Assembly: GCA_964304625.1 (NCBI GenBank)
Contig: OZ199838.1
Coordinates: 14,875,907-14,939,906, forward strand
Direction of reading: 5' to 3'
Source: Kudoa neothunni
Taxonomy: Eukaryota; Animalia; Cnidaria
Length of the DNA stretch: 64,000 nt
The notes under the pieces are model-generated. The model saw nothing but the letters and a program-made list of their open reading frames with translations, did not search any database and was not told the DNA's origin. Shown in pieces: positions 27,803 to 42,959 of the stretch; the first letter of the stretch is position 1; every line of letters starts with the position of its first letter. The position numbers and the translations under genes are program-made.

Positions 27803-28998
27803 CCCTAGAAAGCACACCAAAAATAGTTACACAAAGACTCAATGGGCCCCCTTTTTTGGTCCAAGTATAAATTGATCAAATAAAGTCACCTAATTATCGT
27901 AACGTATTTTTGTATAGATTATTTAACTAAAAATGAGACATGATATTTTGTGTAATAATTTCAGGAATCTCTAAAATTAAATTTATCCGTAGAGAGTGAT
28001 TTTTGTAATATTTAGCTATTCATCGAATCTATTAATTCGTTATCATAAATTAAAATCGATTGTGAGAAACAAAACTTTAATATTTTTAAAAATTTTGTAT
28101 TCAAAACCATAATATACGATATTGATAAGGGGGACCTAAATAAGCACGATGTAATGTTGGTTGTCGAATGTATAAAATGGAGATTAAGTTTTATACACCA
28201 CAAGATTTGCAATGGTTGAGAATAATACGTTTAACTACGATACCTTTCATTCCGAAACATATTTCAGCGTTAAATTATATTTCAAAGAATATGATCATAA
28301 TATTCAGAAGTTATGGAGCGATAAAGATGATAACCTGTTGTTGGATGGCGACCTGACTCCATGGAAATAGCGTAATGACCTTACTCCGGAAATAATACGC
28401 CGTCTTGTGTTTTTTAAATTATGATAATAGCTAATCTTGTTGTGCATACAACTTAATCTCCATTTTATACATTCGACAACCAACATTACATCGTGCTTAT
28501 TTAGGTCCCCTTATCAATATCGTATATTATGGTTTGAATACAAAATTTTTAAAAATATTAAAGTTTTGTTTCTCACAAATCGATTTTAATTTATGATAAC
28601 GAATTAATAGATTCGATGAATAGCTAAATATTACAAAAATCACTCTCTACGGATAAATTTAATTTAGAGATTCCTGAAATTATTACACAAAATATCATGT
28701 CTCATTTTTAGTTAAATAATCTATACAAAAATACGTTACGATAATTAGGTGACTTTATTTGATCAATTTATACTTGGACCAAAAAAGGGGTCCATTGAGC
28801 CTTTGTGTAACATTTTGAACAAGCTGATAAAAAACATACATAGAGTGAAAAATTATTTTTTATTCTTGTAAATATAATTACATAAAATTTATGATATAAT
28901 TTACGTAACATTAATCTTGTTGTATACAATATCCTTATAATTTTATAAGCATTTAATTAAATTTTGGACCAAAAAGGGACCCACTGAGCCTTCTAGGG
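27803..28998. mobile_element. TTAA (piggyBac-type) non-autonomous foldback element with ~380-bp internal inverted arms
   Basis: TTAA|CCCTAGAA...TTCTAGGG|TTAA; ~27827-28210 is the near-perfect reverse complement of ~28430-28811. Confidence 0.9.
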
Positions 28999-29360
28999 TT
29001 AAGGTTAAATTTATTATGAGTAGTTAATAACAGATCAAATCTCCTCTCAATTTCTTCAACTTTAATTTTTTGAAATATTCTATCCGACATACAATCATAA
29101 AATTATTATTAGACATAATTAGTAAAAAGAAATGCCGGGTATTATCACAATTCTACTGGAAGCAGACAATCAATGATCCCTTAAACTAGTTTGTAAATAC
29201 CAGGCGGGGTGTCGTTTCGCTAGAACGATAAAGAAAACAAGAGGCACCAAAAAGTCGTATATTAATATTAAAATTCTCAACAATATAAAACACCAACCAA
29301 AAACAAATGTTGAAATACAATAAACTAAAAAATATTATTGGCACATGGAGCCAGTCTTGA

Positions 29361-30311
<951 letters not shown>

Positions 30312-30847
30312 CAAGTTCCAATCAACTTAAATCAGATGAAAGCTACCTAAGAAGCTTAAACGTTCAAATCTTATGCTATTAATAGATGACGCATTGTTTT
30401 TGCGCACATTGTTGTAATTCAATCTGAGGTTTGTTCACACTAGAAAATGAAAGCTTAATAATTTTAGATAGATAATGCATGTAAGGATAAATTTTAAATT
30501 TCTTGATTAAGCAGTATATTTCTAAGAGATATTGATTGTAGATTTTCTTATTCGTGTATCGTAATCAAAGATCTATATAAATCAGTGGATTAGATTATAA
30601 TTTGGATTTGCTGCTACATAGGTGACTAAAGTTTTTCATACAATCGTACTGCATAATTCGAATTTTATGACTATTAGTGAATCAATTGGTTCGATCAGCC
30701 TGATAATAATTCCCTCAACGCTCGTTAATGTCAATTTATATCGTTAACTTACGAGAAAAATACTTTTTTTAATGAAAACACAAAAAGCAAAAGTTCAAGT
30801 AAAATTGTAAAAATATTTTCCATAGGAAAGAATAAGTAATTAATATG

Positions 30848-33800
30848 TCACACATTTAATTTGAGGAACCAGGATATTCCCCATCGGTTGGTTTTACCCT
30901 GGGTGAAGGTGGGGTGGTGGTTTCTACTTGGAGATGTGCACCTAACGAGCTAATGTACGATTTGAGTTTCTTCAACGTCGATTTTTTCCCCAACATAGAC
31001 GTAAATATTATTTTGAGATTGTTTTTGCGTGTTTCCGGATGCAAATATTTGAGCGATTTAAATATGAAACCACACAGGAACTTCTCTTCGCCACCCGAAC
31101 AAGAAATCTACACAAATACATAAAGCTGCTGTTATTAGTACTGCATAAATTTGGTATTAATGACACGAACGCTTACACACATTACATTTTTAACCCCTAC
31201 AGCTTACAAATATAAGCCACCGTTAATTATTTAGAATGATATAGTTATATTTTTCTATATCAGCGAGATGTGAAGGAAATAATTAACGATAGTCTTAAGG
31301 CATAGGCTGTTGGCATAGTAAATTTTAAACCTCGAACACCTAAGGAAAAAGTTACCCTAATATCTGGAGGTGGCCATTGTGACCACATGCAAAAATGTAT
31401 TAAAATAATAAAAATCGTTGCACTTAAGATTAATAACATACTTATTTACGTTATTTTTTCCAGCATAAAATATAATAAATTTAGTAAAGATAAATCAATG
31501 ATGCATTTTTGTGACGTTTACTTTCTCAAGTGCGAAGAACAGGAACAATTACGTTTGTATATACTTAGAATAGCATGAAAAATTAGAGATGAACTGTTTT
31601 ATTATTGTTTCATTTGTCACATTTTCTTCGTCCTATTATTATTAATATTTTAACAGATAAGGTTAGTTTTTATTCTCAAAATTCATGATTTTATTATAAA
31701 ATCTCTTTCCCTGTTTACAGAAATATGTTAAATGTATATAATTTAGGGATTTTTAGATTTTAAATTTTTGAATTATGATAAGATGGTCCAAATTAAACTT
31801 TAAGCTACTATAATTGGCTTAATACTTTTGTTGATACGTAGTTTAACAAAATTATTAAAATATGCGCGATTCCAATGTCAGATTAAATTAGTTAACAGAA
31901 TCAAGTTGTTATAAAAACAAAAAAATGAATTTTCAAAAATTCCTTGCTTTAAAGTACATTTATAATGTTTATTTTATTGCGGACAAAGTCTTTTGTATAT
32001 TTTAACTATCTAAACGTTATTGTTTATATGGTGGACATGTCAAAGTATGAGTGTAACCTCTTTTCTTATTTTGATTTTAAGCGAAAAAATTCAACTTAAA
32101 ACTCCATTATTTAAGTATTTTTAAACGCACCCTTATGCTATAAAATGCATGCAGGAAAAACAGGAAATAAAATATTTTGTAAAAGTTTTTGATATAATAA
32201 GCGTTGATTGGCCACGGTGATCACCCCCACGTATTCGAGTGTTAACCTTAAACGACATGTACGCTTGCTCAATTGAAAATTTATATTTAGTCTCATCAAA
32301 TCTTACTCGCACGGTGTATAAAAATTTAATGTTTTAAAATCTGTTATATTTAATTATTTATTGTGCCAACAGCAACTCCCTAATTTAATCTACATATGAG
32401 AGGGGATTAAACGCGTTATCACAGACAATAAACACTTCAAAAATAAAATACCTCATGGATTTGGGCAAAAGAATTTTGCCTCATCTTTGAAATATTTTCC
32501 CTTAAAGTTGAGGATTTTCGCAAAAATGGAACACTAGCGCGAAGATTTTTCTTCTCGTTCGGTTTGGAAATCGCGAAAAATGGAGGATTGCACATAGTGA
32601 AAATTCTATCCGATACACATACTCAAATAGTAACAAATGAAATAATCAAACTACACCGTGGTGGTTTTTGGCGGTGAACTCTCACATTCAGTAATAATCT
32701 TCTCCATCGATTCAAAAAACACGGAAAAATCATTATCCATCTCTTTAAGCACTTGTATTTGTGACCCCAATCTATTTTTGAGTATAGTCTGTAGGGCCAA
32801 TTTCACGTTTTCTTCGTCGATATCAGTTCCTATGAATTTCCAATCTGGATGGGCTCTGGACAACAGCACTGAGAACAAATTGTACGGTCCACAGCCTACA
32901 TCCATTCCCCAATAGATTGTACTGTTGAGATTCTCTACGTTGATTAGGTGCATATCTAACAAATCTTGAATCCATAATACGTAGTTGAGACGCATTGGGA
33001 TCCGAGGAACCAACCTAAATGTGTGCAATCAAACAACGAAAACAACAGTAACCTATTAACCTTACTAATTTAATACTAAAAAAATAACAATTAATGTTAA
33101 ATGACTTAAAAACCATCGAATTTGATTGGAAGGGTATCAAATATTAGACTGATAAAAATAATTTGATCCATATTATAAAAAGGAATATCAGTCTAATTCG
33201 ACAAACACGTAACAGTCGTTTGTTACAGTATGATATCTGTAAAAGCTATATTCCATTCATGTTTAACTCTAGATTGGCAACTAATAAAATATTATTAATT
33301 GCCAATATATATACACAATTTTTTACGATGTAAACAACATGAATCGTATTTTTTAAGTAAATTTAATTTAACTAACTGCCGTAATCGAAATTTTTCTGAT
33401 TACAATATTGAAAAGGAACCGTATAGGATAATAATGAAATACCTCCCACAGTCCAATATATTTTTCCCTTGGCACATATGAAAAGAGAAACGTCACTAAG
33501 AGAGAGATTAAACGCGGAACCTCATATAACACATTTATTCACTTAGGTTGCACAAGTTATTACCGTCAGCGTGAAATGTGCGAATAGCAATGTGAATAAA
33601 AATCAGAGCCGTATTAATTAGATGATATATGAATAAATCTTAATAATCAAGTTTTTCCCTAACCTCAAAAATCCAAATTAACAATATAAACATTTTCCCC
33701 TAAGACACACAGAATCGCAGAATGTACTAATTTGATTAAATTTATGCTTAACAGATTGAAACACCTTAATTATTCAGCATACACACAAAAAATGATTTTT

Positions 33801-34350
33801 ATGCATTGGATTATTTGGTAAAAGTGAATTTCGTGACTGCATGTGCAATTATGTATGGACAAGCTTAAATTAAACCATTTAAATGTAGTTCTGACTATGC
33901 TTAATCATTTTTGTGTGATCATAATGACGCAACTTAATTAAACGTAATAGCTTTTATAAGGCGAATCTTATAAGCCAACTATAAAGTGAAGATGTTTAAA
34001 TTATAATGATTGCACAGGCGCCATAATATTTTTAATCATTTATTGAATTTACGCGCGAAAATTTCCGAACTGTCTTGTAACATTATTCCAGTCGTATACC
34101 GAAGGTGTTAATAGGTTTGTTAATACATAAATAACAACAATAAATACCTATTTCCAGCAATTTCAATATCCACTTGAAAATATTCCAACAAACTAACTCG
34201 ACATAGTTCTTGTAAAGCTTTAGGATTTGAATACACAAAAAAATAACGCCCACTCTTCAGATCAACATTCACATACGGGCAGAGTGACGGGTATTTTTTG
34301 CACAAACACTCAAAATCTATACCATTCTTGAAGATGTTCTTATCGTGCAT
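30848..34350 (-). CDS. METTL16: U6 snRNA m6A methyltransferase METTL16 (MTase domain only; frameshift or odd micro-intron near the C-terminus)
   Basis: MHDKN, DF..L..KYP, RLVPRIPMRLNYVLWIQDL, GMDVGCG, FIGTDID, FTMCNPPFF, E|ISCSGGE, FTSMLGKKS, then QGKTNRWGISW in a shifted frame. Confidence 0.92.
31329..32241. mobile_element. TTAA-type MITE in a METTL16 intron
   Basis: TTAA|ACCTCGAA...TTCGAGTG|TTAA; homologous (inverted) to 21135-21918. Confidence 0.8.
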
Positions 34351-34992
34351 TTTCTTGAGGTTGGTTTAATTTCTAATCAGTTGACCTTTAAATATTGTAG
34401 GATTATTTCCAATGTAAAAATATAGGTTGATTTAATTGTTTCCGTATCCAATTAAAAATAATTTCATGTCAATATTAGCTTAGTTATGTGTGAATATAAG
34501 AACTAAGCACTAATCTTAATATATTAGTCGGGCATGTTCGCCGCTATTCGCATATTTTTTAATTCCGAGATGTGATCATTTATACGAGCGCTTCCAGATT
34601 CATTTTAGTTTCCCCACCTCTTACCTAACATTTATGAGGAAAACGCTGCATTCCTGATTAAACGGAGATTATAAAAAAGACTCATTTTTACACTGGTAAC
34701 AAAGTATTTGGGCTAAACTACAGCATTCATGCCATCATCGAGCGGCAAAATCACGCGATCGGAGCCACTCGTAAATTATTAAAACCTTTTCATGCCGAAA
34801 TTTTTTGTTTGCCGACTGATATAATATATTACGTTAAAATGCTCAAAAAGTTATTATCATCAAATTACAATAAAAAAATGAAAATATGATAAAAATCTAA
34901 TTTATATGAACCGTAGCCACGTACAAATTTCAGGATGCCTTTAAAATGCAGTGGAAAATTATTTTGTATCCGACTTATATACAAGAGCCTAA

Positions 34993-36921
34993 TCTACTAT
35001 ATATATATATATAAAGTTCTTGTCTGCCAGTGTGTGTGTATGTGTGTGTGTTTGCAGCAGTACTCATGTGCTACGGAAAAACTTTTTTTATTTGCAGCTT
35101 TTAGTTTGCGTTTGTAAAGATGATACCGTTAATAAAAATCGTTCATTCACTTAGAAGTATAAATATAATCAATATCGGTATCAGACGTAAGGAATTTTCT
35201 GTTTATCTACATCAATTAACAGGTTAAAAAGTACCTGCATAATATTGATACTTGTTTACTTCAAAGTGATAGTCAATTAGAATAAACATTTACTCATTGC
35301 GTACAAAGAGAATCTTCTGGTTATGATGTAGAATGTTTTAGAAATGTTATATATGTCGTTTGGAGTAATTATGAGACAAAAATTATTAACGTCACATTCA
35401 CAAGAGTTGTTGCATTCCCTTAAAACTTAAAGTTTGAAGCATACCCAAATTATTTAGGATGTATTTTCATTTTTTAAGCGTTGCGGATATAGTTAAGCGA
35501 ATGATATTATGATCATTTTAAATCAAACATATGATTCGAGATTATAAGTTGTTGCCATGTCGGAATAATTTGGGGCTCTATACGAATTCTAAAAAGGATG
35601 AAAACTATGTGTAGTGTTTTAAAATGATTAAAATTTCCTGATAATTTCTTAAATGAAAATTATACTTCATCGGAATTCCTGAGATTGAAATTGTATTCAT
35701 TTTTCCAATAAGTTTTTACTAATTTTTTTGGTTTTCCTAAACTTTCTTGCGAAACAACTGGCATAACTAATTCGTTAAGTTTCTATATTTGATGGGATAA
35801 TTTTATAAATATGATTTAAGCTCCTTTAAACATAATTATTTCCTATCTTCAAACTTTAACATTAATATTTGTAACAATATTAAGTTTCTTTAGGTTATAA
35901 ATAATTCAGAATGATATAAATACAGCGTGAAAATATGACATATCTCATACTATTGGGAGTTGAAGAATTTATATCCAAGACTTCTCATTCATTTAATAAA
36001 GTCCATTCACATTATGTACTATGTTAGTTAATAAGAAATTATTTTTTCATTCGATATAACCGATATTTTCCAAAATTTACGTTAGTCTGAGAATATTTAA
36101 ATAAAATGTAATTTCCTGTGACAATCAAATAGTACGCTTATTTTTAATGAGGAGCACTCCTTTGAGAAAACTAAATGACTTTTAAACATTACTGTAGGTT
36201 TTCAAACCAAAAACAACTTTACATTTGAGGTTAACAATATTTTGTTAAGTAAACTTGTATTTTTATGAACTAACAAGTATGTTTGCTAAAAAAAATGGTT
36301 ACATTTACATAAAAATCGAGAAACTTTTCTAAAATAACGAATCTATAATTTTTCGCTCTCAGATTGTTAAAACCTGATTAACAAACTTCATAAAATTATG
36401 AGATAGGAGTAACAATTAATATTCTTATTTCACAGGCATTTTAGATTGATTTAATTTTTGTTTCTTATCATTTGGAGTCTAATAATAAATTTTAAGATTA
36501 GACGAATTAATTTTTATCGCCAAATTTAGTAAGAGCTGAAAGTCCTATTTTAAATTGCTTCATGGCTTTTTTAATAAGTAAATAAATATTAATAGTTAAT
36601 TAGATTGCTCATCAAATTATAATAACTGTATTTTTTTGTCAATAATTTGTATAACAAACTTAAAAATATTGATTAATTTTCTCTCAATACATCTATTTAT
36701 ATTTTATTGAAATGTGCATACATATTTTAGTGTATCTAAATCACCACAGTGCAAAAATAATGCCAAGCTTTAAAATGCATAAATAAACAGGAAATATAAA
36801 CTTTACAGGTTTTAACGTGCCAATTACATTAACTTTACTGTAGAATTTCTCCATTAAAAAAAAATTATAAGTTAAAATTTTACACCATATAGTACCAGGC
36901 AAAGCTGGGTATTAGTGCTAA
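34993..36921 (+). mobile_element. Helitron-like non-autonomous element with 5' (TA)n/(GT)n microsatellites
   Basis: A|TCTACTATATATA...GTGTGTGT start; 3' hairpin CCAGGCAAAGCTGGG followed by CTAA|T. Confidence 0.5.
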
Positions 36922-37391
36922 TAATCAATATGCTTAAAACGATCAATTTTTTGTGCATGCGTGCCAATTTTGATGTCAATTTGTAATGCTAAAAACTAAT
37001 CCATATCTACTAAAATTTAAAGTTGAAGCTTTTAAAAAAAGATTCCAGAGATTGAGTTTTAGTATATACATTTTTTTAACCGAAATAAATACATTGTGCA
37101 TTGATAAATAACGACAGTAATGATTTATTAGGTAATACACAACAATAATCCCTTTAAACTTATTTAAATTAAAAAATCCTTTCAATTTTATATATAAATA
37201 TATTTAATTGTTTAGATTGCCAACGGCTTAATTTTCAATATGTATTATGATGTCATAATTCACTTAAATTATTTTTAAAAGGTATTTAAATAGACAAAAT
37301 CACTATAACACTTTAAAACTATTTCGGAAAAATATTCAAAATAGAGTGTTATGGAAAGTGCTATTTTTTCTCTTGTTCATTTAAAAGTTAA

Positions 37392-38786
37392 CCCTCCCTG
37401 TCCGGAGTGGGGTCCATTAAGGACCCCAATTTCATTATTTTTCATGTTATTCTGAAAGTAAACGATTGCTTTCTTAACTGTTCCAGGAATGCCTCTATAA
37501 TTTTAAAAAGTTTGTATAAAAATTATAATTTTTTTTGTAATTTAAAAAATACGCCTTGGAGAACATATTTATTTCATGATCTGAATATTTATTCCTATAG
37601 AATTTCAAGAAAAATGATCCATTGTATACATATTAATCAATTTTACTCATTTATACTTATAAATAAATATTGTTTAATTTATTTTAAAACCATATATATG
37701 TAATGCTTATATATACTTAGATTTAATGGGGAATTAACGGAACTAATCCGCATTATGCGGGGCTGGTAGGCTCTTGTTTTTCTGAAGAATCTGTGTTTAT
37801 GGACAATAAACTAATCCTTGATTCATCGTATGCAATATAACTATTAGAATATTTGTGTACCATCCGGGAATTCCGTAATTTTTATACAATGTAAAATAAA
37901 TTGATACAATATAAAGTATTTGGAAAATAATATTCTATTGCCAATTTATTAAAATAAATAGTACGACCTATCAATAGTTTTTTAAAATAGCCAGAAATAA
38001 TGGCCATTATTATTTTAACTGAGTATATAATCTTAATTAAGGCATCATGTGATTATTAATTCTTGATATCGAAATTTATGTGATACGAATTATTCGCATG
38101 GGAGCGTTAAGCATATGTTCCGCCAGTTTCCCAAGTGTTGATACCAAAACATTTAAAAAACTTAGGTTACTTAAAAATAAACTCTTCAATGTACTCATAC
38201 TAACCCTTAAATATGAAAATAAATTAAAAAATAGTTCCTATGAACATAAGGGAATACAACATTTAAAAATGTAAATAAATTACTAAGCAGTGCACATTTT
38301 ATAGTTTTTTAAATTAACTTTTGAAAGAATTAAAACGAGATGAGTTTTTCAAACATTGTTTTCTCTGAAATCTAAGAGTAAAGTGCAACCGCGGCTACAT
38401 TTCCCACTTCCGAAAAGTCCGATAATTTCTACAGAACGGCGCCTAGCTAGGGCTATGTTTCATCATCATCATCAATTAATTTTTGTTTAACCTAATCGGA
38501 TAAATTAGATTTTTATTTAATTTAGACATCTTCAAAACCTTTAGTGTTGAAATGTATGCGCTAATTTTATCACAATGGTCCAACACAATAAGTTCATCTT
38601 GGTCTCGTATCTGCATTTTAAGTTACCGGAGAGAACTAGATTTTGTTCTTTATACTTATAAATGTCTTTAAATAACATCACGTTAGTTTCATAATAATTT
38701 ATGGCGTTTAAGACCGATTTAACAGGGTGTCCCAAAAGGACTCCATCGGCACACGCGTAATTTTTTCGCACGCAATAGGAGAAGGG
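37392..38786. mobile_element. Degenerate TTAA-type element with subterminal GGGGTCC..GGACCCC palindromes
   Basis: TTAA|CCCTCC start, GAAGGG|CTAA end; related palindromes occur at 63100 and 63281. Confidence 0.5.
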
Positions 38787-40120
38787 CTAAATGAGCATTG
38801 GGTACAAAAGATTTAAAACATAAATTAATCATGGAAAAGGTTATTGTTACGATAAAATTTGGCCCTAAACAACATGTAAGTTTTCTCAATAATAATTTTT
38901 AATCCCAGCAACATTAAATCACGAGTTATAAACAGATTCAATTTTTTCAGAATCCTTTATATTTTGTTAATTCTGATTTGTAGCTTAGTTCGTGACAACC
39001 ACAAATAATTCAATATAATAAAAACTAGTGAAACCTGGATATTATTTATCATGTAAATAACCACTTCCTTTTTTACTGCAGCTCGCACCTATTATGTATT
39101 GATAGAATTGAATCATATCGAATGAGATTAAAATATGAGTTAATTGGCGGATATATCGAAATATTGCAGTCAGAAATCAATATGAATTCTTATATTAATT
39201 TGAAAAAATGTATTGTAAAAATATACGAATTAAAATTTTGAGATAATGTTAACCCCAAAGTTCGTTGGAGGTTGTTTAATTTTTGTTCATTAGAATGTTA
39301 AGTGACTTGTTTTACGTACTTTTTCCTCATTCTCGAAAAAATCGCATAAAAATTATTACCTATTGCAGTCGTATATAGATTAAAAGGGATCGCAAGAAAT
39401 AGGGTTCGAAGGTTGCGGTCGCTTGGATTTACGGAATTTATGTGGGAGAAATTAAAACACAATTTCGGATGGATTAGGAGTGTAGTTTCATACAACATAG
39501 GACGTCCCTTAAACCCCTGTGAAGTTTGTTGAACCAAATAAGCTTCGTATGATTTTTATCGTATATGAAAAACAAATAAGATCATACCAATTTCAAGAGA
39601 ATCCCAAAAAATCGATTATCTTTTGCAAAACTAATTGAAATCTATAGTTACTTTCGAATAAATTTTTCTAAATATTAGATTGTCACTTTGATTCAAAACT
39701 TGATAATTAAGAACTAATTATTAATGAAATTGTTGCCGATCGAACAATGGCTTCATTTATGTACGTGACACATTCTTCGGTCTCTCTCAAACAATATTTA
39801 ATAAATCACTGTGTGATTAATTGTTGAACTGACAGTTAATTAATATGTAAATAAAGAGATTATGCGTCGCGATATAAAGGGTCGAAAAGCAACTTATTCT
39901 TTTCACCAGCAATATTGAAAGTTGCTACATAATATTCAAACTGTATAATTAGAAATTTCCATCCGTATTCTTATTATGAAGGACGAAAAATTTATGATGA
40001 AAAACTCACCAGACTGCATCAAAAAATATATCGAAGTATCAAAATGATTGTTGAATTCTGAGCCTTAACAATAAAGATTTAAAATATTTTATAATTAAGT
40101 ATAATTATTTAATGGAATAG

Positions 40121-41654
40121 GAAAATCAAGGTGATCCCAACGTTGACACCAGCAACGTTCAAACTGTTGATGTAATACGCCTAGCAAAAGTAATGAAAAA
40201 ATCCACCATTTTACATCCAATACCACTTAGAGCAAGAAAACTATATTTTCCATAAGAACACATTGTAGCTATAGTTTTCACAATAGAGATAGTCCCATAG
40301 TCGAGCTGAATTTGGAAATAGAACCATTGCAATATTTTCATGTGAAACATGTAAGTTTTTTTTGATAAAAAATAAAATCAATAATTGTATTCCACTTACA
40401 CACCAAAAAAGATATATGACGACGACTGGTGGTTAGCTTATCGAATAAATCCAGCTTCAAAGTTAGGATTTATTCCAAGGTTCGGTTGGGGATTTTACTG
40501 AAAAAATTTGATTGATTATTTAAAGTATGGTAAACATTGAAAAAATTCACAAGCCTCGCTTTATTGAAAGAATTTTGTATAAAGAAGGCATAAACAATTT
40601 TTTTAATAACTAGTGTATTAGCCTGAAGAAATATTCCAAACTCAGTACTATAATAGTGGATCGAAGTGATAACCAAAAAAATCTCACGATACAATGGACG
40701 TAGAGATGAATTAGAAGGTAATAGATTCCAAGTTAATTCCTAATTTTGTAAAAATGAAGAGGAAAAAATTGAAAATAACAAAAAAATTCAAGTTAAAATA
40801 TTTCCAAAGCAACCCTACGAATTCGTACCGATAATACGTCCAATTGTATTTGTAGGCCCAACGTCCAAAAAAATACATGTAACTATTTAGAACCAAATAA
40901 ATAAATAAATAACTATTTAATATTAAGTATGCGAATTTCATGCAGAATGCTATAATTTCAAAATTGACGTTAAAATTTCCTAAGTATGTTTAATTCGATG
41001 TTTCTCTCATCATTTAAAACAGTTGCCGAATTATTTTCACATGTATTAATCTACATAGGTTGATTGTCTATCATCTCAACAGTAATGTGAAAATAATGCG
41101 GGACATAAGCTATTGGAACATGGAAGCATCTCCCTCGACGAATAAACAAGAATACAGTATTATTGTTAACTTGGTGGATACAAAGTAAAACTTAATTACA
41201 GCCCAATGTATTCAAGAAAATCAAAAATATCTACAACCTCTGTGAAGGGAATCGATTTATTGTACTTGAGAATGTGGATCTCAGCTATCCCTCCAATGAA
41301 ACTCCAATCATCGATCCTATCTATATCTACATACGAATTAACGATCCTCAAGTAAATTTGTTAACACACAATTCTACTATTGCTAATTACAGATATTGGA
41401 TAATATACATAAACTCGATGACCAAGTGACGTCAAAAAAACTCCTATTCAGATCATTCTACACTTTGGCAAAATATGACGATGTAAATAATTAGCTAACA
41501 TGGATATATATATTTTAAATAAATGTAATTATCGTCGTAGAAATGTTTTGACCTTATTGTTGATGATTGCGATCTAACGATTGCATTTGAGAAAATCAAT
41601 CGTTACCTAACGCAATATTGGGACGATGCTCATTTATCAGAAAATCAACTCTAA
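40121..41654 (+). CDS. CACNB: Voltage-gated calcium channel beta subunit (SH3-GK); 5' end not resolved
   Basis: LAK|SKKTIFSIRTHCSY, FHVKH|IYDDDWWLAYR...LGFIP, PYEFVPIIRPIVFVGP, FMQNAI, PIYIYIRINDPQ|ILDKYI, FDLIVDDCDL...RYLTQYW; match Cav-beta FAVRTN, YNNDWWIGR..GFIPS, PYDVVPSMRPIILVGP, FDIILDENQL..YLEAYW. Confidence 0.87.
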
Positions 41655-41743
41655 TAACTGCGATTTCGTTTGCAAAGAAAAAAGCATCAATCCATCATAT
41701 ATAATACACACCCACATATAACTATAATTATTTATTGGTGCAG

Positions 41744-42193
41744 CTAAGCTGTGTCTTCCAAAGAGAATGGATTCTCGATAGATTCGATTCCATCAGCTGG
41801 ACTGATAACTAAAACGGTTGTTCCACGTACAACCACCAGTCCCAATTCACGCGTTTTATCACTCAAAATAGATGGATCATTAGGATCTAATAAAAAATCC
41901 TCAATTTGGGCATTCAACCGATCTATTACCCTTCAAATATTCGATGGTATCATCCAAAACTATATTGTATATTTGATCTGAGCCTTTTAGCACGCCAGAA
42001 ACTATAATGGATTAATTTTTTTATCTGCAAACGCAATTGTACCTTCTCTCCCACCCTGAAATTTGATGTAAACTCTTCTATCGATATATTTAGCCAACTG
42101 TATAACACTTGGATCTCTGTTCTTTTTTAGCTATATTCATATGGTAAATGTGTTAAGATTGAGTGAGTGAGTTTTTATTACTTTTTGGACCAT
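41744..42193 (-). CDS. LSM7: U6 snRNA-associated Sm-like protein LSm7
   Basis: Spliced: SVIQLAKYIDRRVYIKFQGGRE|VSGVLKGSDQIYNIVLDDTIEYLK|DPNDPSILSDKTRELGLVVVRGTTVLVISPADGIESIENPF; convergent with CACNB across an ~90-bp gap. Confidence 0.95.
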
Positions 42194-42959
42194 GATAAAG
42201 GTAGAGTTGCGTGCGCATTGTTTATTTTTTAGTTCAGTTGTCGCTTAATTTTTTCATTGGCTGGTTGCATTTCTAATTTCTAAATACGTAAACGATGAGA
42301 TAAGAAAATTTTAATAGATCACTATGGTTTATCGCCTCATTTGCAACGTGAACTATTCACAGAATAACTCTTTATTAACAGAGTTAAAGTTTCCACTGAA
42401 ATGTTTTGTAATGTTAGTATTTAAAGTGAAAGTAGAGTATTTTTTTGATGTAATTATTAATCATTCAATAAACAATGAAGGAAATATAACAACAATAATA
42501 CAACTTAAATCTTTTGATCCCATTTTTTTATTCATAAAAAATACATGATTAAAAAGGTGCTCAAACGATAAAACATTGTTTAAAAAAATAATTATTGAAT
42601 GATTTTTATGTATATTTAAATATGCAAGCAAGTTTGCATGCATATCTCGTTCAAGATTTACGCTTCGTTTTAATTAATCCCATAAATATTTTTAATTAGT
42701 TTGAATTTTGAATTTTGTTTTCATAAGCGTGCATTTACAAAATTTTGAAAAAAATGCAAGTTTAATTCTCCTATCTTAAGACATAATATGATTTAGAAAT
42801 ACTTGATTAAATCTTCCTATTTAAATTTAGCGAAATTACATTAAATTTTAATATACAAAGATAACAATAATTAAAATATGAAATTTTTGAAACAGAACGT
42901 TATGGCGATTCAAATATGTATCATGTATATTTATGTGTATATTATAATCCTGCGTTTCA

